From Myxococcales bacterium (GTDB lineage Bacteria > Myxococcota_A > UBA9042 > JABWCM01 > BTVJ01), in NCBI GenBank assembly GCA_045863395.1, contig BTVJ01000003.1:1-64000 (forward strand): a stretch of DNA of 64,000 nt, written 5' to 3'. Both the position numbers and the translations under genes were made by a program. Shown one piece after another: positions 8,101 through 15,707 of this stretch. The stretch's first letter is position 1; each line of letters starts with the position of its first letter. The notes below the pieces were generated by a model. It did not search any database. It was not told the DNA's origin and saw nothing but the letters and a program-made list of their open reading frames with translations.

Positions 8101-10534
8101 TCGCGCTCGGGTCCACGACCTTCCCGAGGACGCTCTGCTCCCGGTACAGGTTGCGCCCCAGCGTGGCCACCAGCGCGTGGAGCTGCACGAAGCCTTGCAC
8201 CATGCGGTGCCCCATGGCCTCCGCGGTCGGGTCGGGCGCCCCCGCCCGGGTGCTGGCGAAGGCCCGGTCCGTCGCGAGGAGGAACCGCCCCCGGTCGAAA
8301 CACCCCGCAGACCCGAACAGCACGTCCAGGCTTGCGGCGCCGAGCGCGCCCGTCCCGATGTCCGCGGCGCACGCCGACAGCGTCGCCTCGAGATCGTCGA
8401 TGGGCCCCTCCAGCGCCGGGAACAGGGGCTCGACGGCTCCAGCGCAGACGGGGTCCCCCGACATCTCGGAGAGCCCGGCGCCAAACCCCACGTTGGCGCC
8501 GAAGGCGTCGGGCTCCAGACACTGCGCGGCCGTGACGCACTGCGCCTCGGTGGGCGTGACCAGGGGGTCGAAGTTGCACACGCGTTCGATCTCATAGCTG
8601 ACGATGTCCGCCCCCACGAAGACGCCTTGAGTGCCGGAGGCGTCGCTGATGGCGCAGCCCCACGCGGCGGCCAGCGCGTCGCAGCTCCCCACCTGCACCG
8701 TCTCGTCCTCGAAGACGGGGGCTGGAGTACACGAAGTGGGTGGCGCCTTGCAGCGGGCATCGCAGGCGGCAGTCACCTGCTCCATCTGAAACGTCTGCCC
8801 GCTCTTCACACCCTGGCAGTATGACGTGCAGGCGGTGTAGCAGTCCTGATCCGAGGGGTTGTCGCACTTGAGCGGCTGGAACAGCTCGTTGGGGCAGACG
8901 TTGCAGTTGACCTGCGGATCGAACTGCCCGCAGTAGCCCGAGAAGAAGTCTCCCTGGCAGTTGGCCACCTCCTGGGCCACGCAGGCATCCACGCACTGTC
9001 CGCAGCCCGTCCCGACCTGCACCTGGTCCACGCGGCTCCACTCGCAGTGGATCTGGACCGGCGCGTCGGTCGCGGCCCCGGCGCAGGGGGCGTTCGGGAC
9101 CCGCCCGTTGGGGCCCGGGGTCGTGACGCCGAACCCGGCGGCCGCGTAGGAGTCGTTGCACGCCGCGGTGATCGTGGCGCTCCGCGCGGCCTCCGCCTCG
9201 GCGCGCTCCGCGGGGCTCGCGAAGCACGCGACCCCGTTGGCCTCTGCCCCTACGGCGGCGAAGGGCGCCAGGTCGCCCGGCACGGACGTCGGGTCGCCGC
9301 CGTCCGCCAGCGCCTGTGCGAGCTGGAACGCCGCCGATGGCGCCGCACCTCGGCCCAGGTCCTCCGCCAGGACCGCCCCGTCCGTCGGGGCGGGAGCGGT
9401 GGCCCCCTCGGGCAGGTCCTCGACGCGCGTTGCCGAGACCACGAGGCGCCAGGGGACGCCGTCACCGGGAAGATCCAGGCCAAGGAGCGCCGCGTCGAAG
9501 CGCAGCTCGACGAGCCCCCCACCAAGACGCCCGGCCGTGGACGGGACGCTGGCCAGGGACACCTCCGCCGCCTCCCCGTCGGCGGTGGCTGCCCCGTACA
9601 GGACCACGGCCGGCAAGGTCGCCGAGAGCGCGCCGTTCTCTGCGCGGGTGCCTGCCAGCACCAGAGGGGCCGGGAGGACGACCCCGTCCCGGTCGGTGAT
9701 CTCCACCGTGAATGCCCCCGATGCGCCGAAGACACGGACCGTCGCGGGCCCCCGCACGAAGTCGAGCGCCCCGGGCTGCGGGTTGGTCTCGGCGGGTCCG
9801 GTGACCTCCGATGGCGCGCCGAGCCACACGAACCCCTCGTAGCGCCCCGCCAGCGGAGCCTCCGGCGCCGCGTCGTCCAGGAGCGCGACGAAGGTCATGT
9901 GCCCGCCGTCATCGAACACCAGGGCGCCGGCGCCCGACGTGACGGTGGGGTCGTCGGCCTTCGCGTCGGGTAGGCGCTGGACCTCGATGTCCACCCCGCC
10001 GGCAGGCAGGTCCGCGATGAGGCACTCTGCCGCGAACACTGCGTCGGGAGCGCACCGCACCTTGACCGGCCCCCGGGCGACGACGCGAGCGCGTCCCCCG
10101 GCGCCGGCGCGGTGGACGCGCACGCGGAACGGGGTCTCCTTCCCCCCGGTGCGGATGACGCCGGGCGCCGCACGCACCCGGTCCCGGCCCGCCGGAGCGA
10201 ACGCCCCGACCTTCCCCTGGCCCTCCGGTCCGCAGCGGCCGAAGTCGTCGCAGCGCTCACCGGCGCCGCAGCCTCCGTCGTCCATGCACGCGGCGACGCA
10301 GCGGCCGAGGTCGCAGTGGGTCCCGCACGGGCAGAGATCGTCGCGCAGGCACTCCTGGCCCTGGGCGATGAGGTCCGGGTCGCGCTGGCAGGCCGGGCTG
10401 CTCCCGCTTGCGCCGTCGCTCCCCGTGGCGTCGTGCGTCTCGCCGTCGGCCGGAGCGGCCCCGCTCGGGTCATCGTCGGCGCAGCCTGCCAGGGCGAGGG
10501 CGAGCAGCAGCGTCACCGAGCGCCGTGTGATCAT
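5159..10534 (-). CDS. Large Cys-rich lipoprotein (1791 aa) with a TcA-like pore-forming C-terminal half (putative)
   Basis: Start MITRRSVTLLLALALAGC (lipobox) with RBS GAGGAG. Cys-rich modules, then a coiled-coil/hydrophobic hairpin at about 6150-6700. C-terminus GRGLYGDYAIFIP...LDRVDDILLRLDYVSVAR. The ORF is secure; the function is inferred. Confidence 0.7.
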   Translation of the reverse strand: MITRRSVTLLLALALAGCADDDPSGAAPADGETHDATGSDGASGSSPACQRDPDLIAQGQECLRDDLCPCGTHCDLGRCVAACMDDGGCGAGERCDDFGRCGPEGQGKVGAFAPAGRDRVRAAPGVIRTGGKETPFRVRVHRAGAGGRARVVARGPVKVRCAPDAVFAAECLIADLPAGGVDIEVQRLPDAKADDPTVTSGAGALVFDDGGHMTFVALLDDAAPEAPLAGRYEGFVWLGAPSEVTGPAETNPQPGALDFVRGPATVRVFGASGAFTVEITDRDGVVLPAPLVLAGTRAENGALSATLPAVVLYGAATADGEAAEVSLASVPSTAGRLGGGLVELRFDAALLGLDLPGDGVPWRLVVSATRVEDLPEGATAPAPTDGAVLAEDLGRGAAPSAAFQLAQALADGGDPTSVPGDLAPFAAVGAEANGVACFASPAERAEAEAARSATITAACNDSYAAAGFGVTTPGPNGRVPNAPCAGAATDAPVQIHCEWSRVDQVQVGTGCGQCVDACVAQEVANCQGDFFSGYCGQFDPQVNCNVCPNELFQPLKCDNPSDQDCYTACTSYCQGVKSGQTFQMEQVTAACDARCKAPPTSCTPAPVFEDETVQVGSCDALAAAWGCAISDASGTQGVFVGADIVSYEIERVCNFDPLVTPTEAQCVTAAQCLEPDAFGANVGFGAGLSEMSGDPVCAGAVEPLFPALEGPIDDLEATLSACAADIGTGALGAASLDVLFGSAGCFDRGRFLLATDRAFASTRAGAPDPTAEAMGHRMVQGFVQLHALVATLGRNLYREQSVLGKVVDPSATAVDALEHSMALWPVVLHPRIAGALLALSPEVAREPDPRPRLGFDATDAVAVARVGVAVDLMEALTEQIALVDLLLDRAWFEGDAGRMAARRATASELLRLTAPVGALVAGLAASGADGDTTWGAAWKRTAPRYRQAVEALVKRLDIVASGANPIGIEDSDLPLYFQGDLYAPNERFSAISRGLLGQGVGSFDIVPQAVAAAQAALEDVAAKWQERASAKVASAQRIQDIKYRYGEMILVNCGGSFDNDTNYAGPGMAPCLNPGSQEVFDCADIDTEVCFVEESCRPRHDAFLEELTSADLAARLCVFSGLRQVYGANLVGATPAVDEVLKKVGPALAQARAAGEAFPLAITSLELRSATDRVAVVDVAGATVEVPLDALGGLDLKVPAFSLKPGGPKADVPYFAISATCEASRQASLALRPTAVPAACARADECPVGQACRAGHCEALSATDPLDSVDCYYDGDIAVQAIAVRAAAADIDIARREFDELLESYDIAKRSCIILKAGNDAIEAQTAKHNALMKDLDTARAVAAGIATAASAAKDCAASFNVESIVTGAVAGVCIASGVEAAATIAADVLETVMGNAERAHEEAVLALAGNTEEEICFNDAEMELVGARAALMRIERARQDQAAALVELRGLKSYTYDLFVEGGEAVAREEALLERSVPSQFLLSEAAERFDRRMAYARRVVYLTVRAVEYEFQTSLSDRQKVLSSTRPDQLEQVIQSLSTWVNSGKVKGASPDALHAVLSLREHLLQVGDKSGDPAGQKGLTDVERFRLLLTSRRYGEYDDQGNYLGQRIPFRVAPLAALGLGKSQGVPIVADNDCAERLWSVNAAVLGEGVYEGNQSSFTRLDLLKKNTFFSQWCEAPKSGPPFQVASVRPAINLLQDPTDPDRERVEAQDVNDYTRGRMQPYLNVSRADLEMEDYAQGATMELAGRGLYGDYAIFIPKAVLSLDGSPGLRLDRVDDILLRLDYVSVAR

Positions 10535-10604
10535 GGGAGTTCTCCTCGGAGCGGCGCGCCTCTGCGGGTGCAGGCCCCTGTCTGGGTGGTGGCGAATGGT
10601 CCCG

Positions 10605-10633
10605 AGTCTGCCGCTGCGATCCGGGGACGTCAA
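10605..10633 (-). promoter_or_regulatory. Putative sigma70-type promoter for the TcA-like lipoprotein
   Basis: TTGACG-N17-CAGACT on the minus strand, about 70 nt upstream of the ATG at 10534. Confidence 0.45.
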
Positions 10634-10786
10634 GTGATCGCCGCGCCCAGGTCGCGCGGCGCCCGCAGTGCGTGGGCCCCCGCTCTCCCGACCCGGGGGT
10701 AGCCACGGCGCCCCAACCGTGGTATGTGGGCCATGGCGGGCCGTCCGCCAGCCCCGACAACCGTATCTCCAGCGAGGTCGCGAGCC

Positions 10787-12517
10787 ATGGTCGCGCAAGC
10801 CGCCCCCGACGCCCTTCCCCCCACGCCCATGAGCGCCATCGACGAGGCCGTCAAGTCTCTGGTCGACCACCGGAACGTGTGGGCCTCCCTCGCCATCCCC
10901 GCGCGCATCGAGCTGCTGCGCCGCATGATGGACGACACCGTCGCCGCGGGCGAGGACTGGGTGCGCACCGCCTGCGCCGCAAAGCGCATCGACTTCGACT
11001 CACCCGCCGCCGCCGAGGAGTGGTTCGGGGGCCCGATCACGGTCATGCGCAACCTGCGCCTGTTCCTCCAGACCCTGCGCCAGATCCAGACCGAGGGCAG
11101 GCCGAGCCTCCCGGACAGCGCAGTCCGCGTGCGCCCCGACGGCCAGGTGGTCGCCCGCGTGTTCCCGCAGGGCCTCGACGACAAGATCCTCTACTCGGGC
11201 TTCACCGCCGAGGTGTGGATGGAGCCGCAGGTGCGCCGGGATCAGCTCCGCGACACCATGGCTCGCATCTATCAGAAGGGCCAAAAGGGGCAGAACCGGG
11301 TGGGCAAGGTGGCGCTGGTGCTCGGCGCCGGCAACGTGGCGAGCATCGGCCCCATGGACGTGCTCCACAAGCTGTACGTAGAGAATCAGGTCTGCGTGCT
11401 CAAGATGAACCCGGTCAACGAGTGGTCGGGGCCCCTGGTGGAGCGGTGCTTCCGCGCCCTGGTCGACGCGGGCTTCCTGCGCGTGGTCTACGGCGGCGCA
11501 GACGTGGGCGAGGCCCTGGTCCACCACGCCGGGGTCGAAGAGATCCACATCACCGGCTCGGACCGGGTCCACGACATCATCGTGTGGGGCGCGGGAGACG
11601 AGCAGGCGAAGAACCGCAAGGCGGGCACGCCCAAGATCAAGAAGCGCATCACCAGCGAGCTCGGGTGCGTCACGCCCGTCATCATCGTCCCCGGCGAGTG
11701 GAGCGACAAGGAGCTCCAGTTCCAGGCAGAGAACGTCGCGACGATGGTCGCCAACAACGCCTCGTTCAACTGCAACGCCGCCAAGGCCCTCGTCGTGGCG
11801 AAGTCCTGGCGGCAGCGCGGCGAGTTCCTCAGCCGCGTCGAGGCGGCGCTCCGCACGATCCCCCGCCGCTACGCCTACTACCCGGGCAGCGACCGCAAGT
11901 ACGAGGCCTTCCTGGCCGCCCACCCTGACGCGCGGCTCCTCGGCGAGCGCACGCCCGACGCCATCCCCTGGACCCTGATCCCCAACGTGGACTCCAGCGA
12001 CCGCGACGAGGTGTGCTTCAACACCGAGGCATGGTGTGGTGTCCTGGCAGAGACCGCCCTGGACGGGGACGACGCGGCCGCCTTCCTGCGAAACGCGGTG
12101 AACTTCTGCAATGACGTCATGTGGGGCACGCTGAGCTGCAGCCTGGTGGTGCACCCGTCGACGGCCCGGGCCCTCGGTCCTGCCCTGGACCAGGCCGTGG
12201 CCGACCTGCGCTACGGCAGCGTCGGGGTCAACCACTGGGCTGCCATGAGCTATGCGCTGGTCGTGACGACCTGGGGCGCGTACCCGGGTCACACCCTCGA
12301 CGACATCAGGAGCGGCATCGGCACGGTCCACAACGCGCTGATGTTCGAGCACCCGCAGAAGAGCGTCGTCTGGGGTCCCTTCACCATGTTCCCGAAGCCC
12401 CCCTGGTTCGCCACCCACAAGAACTCACACCGGGTGGCGCCGAAGATCCTGGCCTTCGAGCACTCTCCGTCGCTGTTCCGCGTGCCGGGGATCGCCATCG
12501 CCGCCATGAAGGGCTGA
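10787..12517 (+). CDS. Aldehyde dehydrogenase family protein (576 aa)
   Basis: GAGN, LKMNP, HITGS, ELGCVTP and catalytic FNCNA motifs; GAGG before ATG 10787. Confidence 0.9.
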   Translation: MVAQAAPDALPPTPMSAIDEAVKSLVDHRNVWASLAIPARIELLRRMMDDTVAAGEDWVRTACAAKRIDFDSPAAAEEWFGGPITVMRNLRLFLQTLRQIQTEGRPSLPDSAVRVRPDGQVVARVFPQGLDDKILYSGFTAEVWMEPQVRRDQLRDTMARIYQKGQKGQNRVGKVALVLGAGNVASIGPMDVLHKLYVENQVCVLKMNPVNEWSGPLVERCFRALVDAGFLRVVYGGADVGEALVHHAGVEEIHITGSDRVHDIIVWGAGDEQAKNRKAGTPKIKKRITSELGCVTPVIIVPGEWSDKELQFQAENVATMVANNASFNCNAAKALVVAKSWRQRGEFLSRVEAALRTIPRRYAYYPGSDRKYEAFLAAHPDARLLGERTPDAIPWTLIPNVDSSDRDEVCFNTEAWCGVLAETALDGDDAAAFLRNAVNFCNDVMWGTLSCSLVVHPSTARALGPALDQAVADLRYGSVGVNHWAAMSYALVVTTWGAYPGHTLDDIRSGIGTVHNALMFEHPQKSVVWGPFTMFPKPPWFATHKNSHRVAPKILAFEHSPSLFRVPGIAIAAMKG

Positions 12518-12530
12518 TCACCGGTCCCTG

Positions 12531-12977
12531 TCAGGGCCGCGCCCCCTCTGCGTGCATGGCGCCCTCGCGCTGCTCCGCGCGGTTGCGCTGCACGCCATAG
12601 AGCCAGGTCCCGAGCAGGATGCCCGTGATGGTGAAGGCGGCACCGAGCTTGCCCTCGCCGAGCATGGCCAGCGCCGTCCCCGGGCAGGCCCCGGCCAGAC
12701 CCCAGCCGACGCCGAAGAGGAGGGAGCCGGCCATGAGGCCGCGGGTCCAGGGCTTGCCCTCGAACGAGAGCTTGCCGCCCCCGACGAGCGCCCGCACCCC
12801 GGTCCGCTTCAGGATCTGTGTCCCGACGAGGCCGACGACCACGGCGGTGGCAATGACCCACAGGAGCTGGAGGTCGGTGAACAGGAACAGGCCCGCGTAG
12901 AAGTCGTAGGTGGTCGCGCCGGCCCGAGACAGCAGGAAGCCGAACAGCGCCCCCATGAGCACGAAGGAGTATCGCAT
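12531..12977 (-). CDS. YeeE/YedE-family sulfur-compound transporter subunit
   Basis: Four hydrophobic segments; LFGVGWGLAGACPG motif. Confidence 0.88.
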   Translation of the reverse strand: MRYSFVLMGALFGFLLSRAGATTYDFYAGLFLFTDLQLLWVIATAVVVGLVGTQILKRTGVRALVGGGKLSFEGKPWTRGLMAGSLLFGVGWGLAGACPGTALAMLGEGKLGAAFTITGILLGTWLYGVQRNRAEQREGAMHAEGARP

Positions 12978-12986
12978 GGTGGCCTC

Positions 12987-13481
12987 CTAGAGCACGTTGA
13001 AGAGGAGCTGGACGATGGCGATGCCGCCGATGAAGAACCCGACGGACGCGGCGATGCTGGGCGGGTTGAGCAGCGCCATGCCCACGATGCTGTGACCGCT
13101 GGTGCAGCCGCCCGCCAGGCGCGCGCCGTAGCCGATGGCCACGCCCCCAAGCATCAGGACGAGGCCCTTCGCCCAGTGAGCCGAGGGCAGCACCGACTCG
13201 TACAGCGTCCCCATGTGGAAGCTCGGCGAGAACGACTGGCCCGAGGTCAGGAGCGCGATGAGCCCCCCGAGGGGGAGCCCGACGGTGAACCAGAGGCGCC
13301 AGTTGGTCGGGTCGGCGAAGTCTCCCTTGTGGAAGAAGGGGTTCCTGGACGCGAGCGCGCACACGTTCCCGAAGCCGGTGGACGCGCCGAGGGCGCGCCC
13401 GCTGAGGACGAGCTGAAGCAGGGTGTACGCGCCGATGGCGAGGCCACCGACCCATCCACTCCAGACGACGACTTGAGTCAT
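12987..13481 (-). CDS. YeeE/YedE-family sulfur-compound transporter subunit
   Basis: GGLAIG and GYGARLAGGCTSGH motifs; 9 bp from its partner gene. Confidence 0.9.
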   Translation of the reverse strand: MTQVVVWSGWVGGLAIGAYTLLQLVLSGRALGASTGFGNVCALASRNPFFHKGDFADPTNWRLWFTVGLPLGGLIALLTSGQSFSPSFHMGTLYESVLPSAHWAKGLVLMLGGVAIGYGARLAGGCTSGHSIVGMALLNPPSIAASVGFFIGGIAIVQLLFNVL

Positions 13482-13599
13482 GCGAAGGACCTCACGAGCG
13501 GTTGAACGACCACCCAGGGCGTGGCCGCTGGCGAAAAATCACGAACGAGAACAGGCACTTCCTGTCAGTGTATTCCGCCTGCGCTGCGAGGACCGAGTC

Positions 13600-14655
13600 C
13601 TATGGGCGCTCGAGCTCGGCGGCGAAGCGGGCGGTGGCCTCTGGCCACGTGAGGAGGCGCTTGCGGGCGCGGCGCGCGCCGGCGGCCAGCCGCGCTCGCT
13701 CCTCCGGGTCGTCGAGCAGCGATGCGAGCGCGCTGGCCAGGGCGCCCACGTTCCCGGGCTCGACCAGGCGCGACGCCTCTGCCGGCGCCGTCGACGGGAT
13801 GGCGCCGGCCGTGGTGCTCACCACGGGCAGGCCCCGCGCGATGGCCTCGGAGATGGCCATCCCGTAGCCCTCATAGAGGGACGGCTGGACGAACAGGTCC
13901 GCGCCGTCGTAGAGCGCCTGCAGCTCCGAGGCGGCGACCTCGCCGCGCAGCGCGATGCGATGCTCCAGTCCAAGCGCCGAGATGCGCTCGCGGACGCGCC
14001 GCGCGGTGTCCGGGTCGCGGTTCAGGCTGCCGGCGAAGGTCGCGCGCCACGGGCGATCCTGGATCTCCCCCAGCGCCTCGACGAGACTCATGTGACCCTT
14101 GCGAGGGATGAGCGCGGCGACGCACAGCAGGTGCAGCGACGTCGCCCCCGGCCCGGAGCCCGAGGCCAGCGGCGCCTCATCGGTGCCGGGCACGGCGACC
14201 CGGATCCGCTCTACCGGGATGTCGGACCGCGAGAGCACCTCGCGGGTGTGGGGGCTCGTCACGATGATTCGGCGCGCGCACAGCAGCGCCTTCAGCTCCC
14301 GTCGCTGTACGTCGTCCCGCTCGGCCCGGGTCAGCCCCGACTCCAGCGCCGCGGGGTGGTGCACGAGGGCCACGATGCGCAGCCGGTCCGCGTGCCTCCC
14401 GATGACCTCGTAGAGCGTGGGCAGCAGGATCCCGTCGATGAGGACCGTCGCGCCCGGGAGCGTGTCGAGCAGCTCGGTGCTGGCGCGGTGGGCGGCGACC
14501 GGGTCGACCCAGGGGAAGTCTCCGCTCAGCCGGTGCACCTCACACGTGAGCCCCGCGGCGCGCAGGCCGTCCACCATGTGCTGGTCGTAGCGATATCCGC
14601 CGAGCAGCAGGTCGGGGTCTTCGGGGATCAGGATGTGAATACCGCTGTGCCTCAT
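13600..14655 (-). CDS. Glycosyltransferase family 4 (GT-B) (351 aa)
   Basis: GGYRYD, LIPRKGH and FVQPSLYEGYGMAISEAIARGLPVV; RBS GGAGGAG before ATG 14655. Confidence 0.92.
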   Translation of the reverse strand: MRHSGIHILIPEDPDLLLGGYRYDQHMVDGLRAAGLTCEVHRLSGDFPWVDPVAAHRASTELLDTLPGATVLIDGILLPTLYEVIGRHADRLRIVALVHHPAALESGLTRAERDDVQRRELKALLCARRIIVTSPHTREVLSRSDIPVERIRVAVPGTDEAPLASGSGPGATSLHLLCVAALIPRKGHMSLVEALGEIQDRPWRATFAGSLNRDPDTARRVRERISALGLEHRIALRGEVAASELQALYDGADLFVQPSLYEGYGMAISEAIARGLPVVSTTAGAIPSTAPAEASRLVEPGNVGALASALASLLDDPEERARLAAGARRARKRLLTWPEATARFAAELERP

Positions 14656-14867
14656 CGTGCTCCTCCCGAGGTGCATCCCCGGGGCGGCGACCAGCCGAGC
14701 GGACTGGAGCCACCCTCGGGTCCAAAGGGTGCGCGCCGCTCTCCGAGAGACCCACTCCGAGGCCTTCAAGGCGCAAAGCCGACCCTCGCTCCGTTATAGA
14801 ACGGCGCCAGACCGGGCGCAATGCCGACCGCCTGGGTCCAGCTACGGTCCCGGTGGGAGACGGCGCA

Positions 14868-14896
14868 TTGCGTGACCGCCGGGGGCCGGCTATCCT
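14868..14896 (+). promoter_or_regulatory. Putative sigma70-type promoter for the GNAT gene
   Basis: TTGCGT-N17-TATCCT, 40 nt before ATG 14937. Confidence 0.4.
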
Positions 14897-14936
14897 GCGG
14901 CTCCGTCCCGCGCACCGGGGTCGGAGGGAGTGCAGG

Positions 14937-15707
14937 ATGATCGAGCGGATTACTGAGAAAGAGCGCCTCTTTGGTTACCTGTCACGCGACCGCATCCGGG
15001 CGGGATACTTCATCGGGTGCCTGGACGACAGCTATGACGAGTACACCGAGTGGTGGGCGCTGTCCCGAGGCGCGGACATCCGCGCCTTGCTGATGGTCTA
15101 CCAGGGGCTGAGCATGCCCGCGCTGTTCACTCTCGGTGGTACGCGCGAGGTCGCTGAGCTGGTCGCCCGCTGTGTCCAGGAGCTCCCGCGGCGCTTCTAT
15201 GCCCACCTCCAGGAGGAGCACGCCCCGGCATTCTCGTCGTGGTATCGGGGCGGAGACGTCGCGCGCATGCGGCGCATGGTCCTGCGGCGGGAGGACTTCG
15301 TACCCCCCATCGAGACCCGAGGCGTCCGTCGCCTGGTCCACTCGGACACGGCAGCGTTGATGGCCCTCTACCGCTACTACCCCGATCATCTCTTCGAACC
15401 CTACCAGTTGGAGTCAGGGCTCTACTTCGGTGAAGCGGGTGGGGCTGGGCTCATCGCGGCGGCGGGCGTCCACGTGGTGAGCCGCCGATACGACGTGGCG
15501 ACCATCGGCAACGTGGTCACCCACCCGGAGCACCGCGGGCGCGGCCACGCGGCCCGCTGCACGGGGCGCCTCCTCGAGGACCTGCTGGTCCACGTGAGCC
15601 TCGTGGCCCTCAACGTGCGCGAGGCAAACGACGCGGCCCGGGCCACATTCCGCAAGATCGGGTTCCGTGACGCCCACACCTACCTGGAGGTCCCCTGCGA
15701 GCTGTGA
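14937..15707 (+). CDS. GNAT-family acetyltransferase (FR47-like C-terminal domain) (256 aa)
   Basis: IGNVVTHPEHRGRGHA (motif A) and LNVREANDAARATFRKIGF. Confidence 0.88.
   Translation: MIERITEKERLFGYLSRDRIRAGYFIGCLDDSYDEYTEWWALSRGADIRALLMVYQGLSMPALFTLGGTREVAELVARCVQELPRRFYAHLQEEHAPAFSSWYRGGDVARMRRMVLRREDFVPPIETRGVRRLVHSDTAALMALYRYYPDHLFEPYQLESGLYFGEAGGAGLIAAAGVHVVSRRYDVATIGNVVTHPEHRGRGHAARCTGRLLEDLLVHVSLVALNVREANDAARATFRKIGFRDAHTYLEVPCEL

Noticed and set aside
6332..8824. Long antisense or alternate-frame ORFs (also 17392-19302, 33991-36174, 42201-44678, 45255-47810, 47961-50477)
   Set aside because: These are typical stop-poor shadows of real genes in high-GC DNA, with no recognisable motifs.
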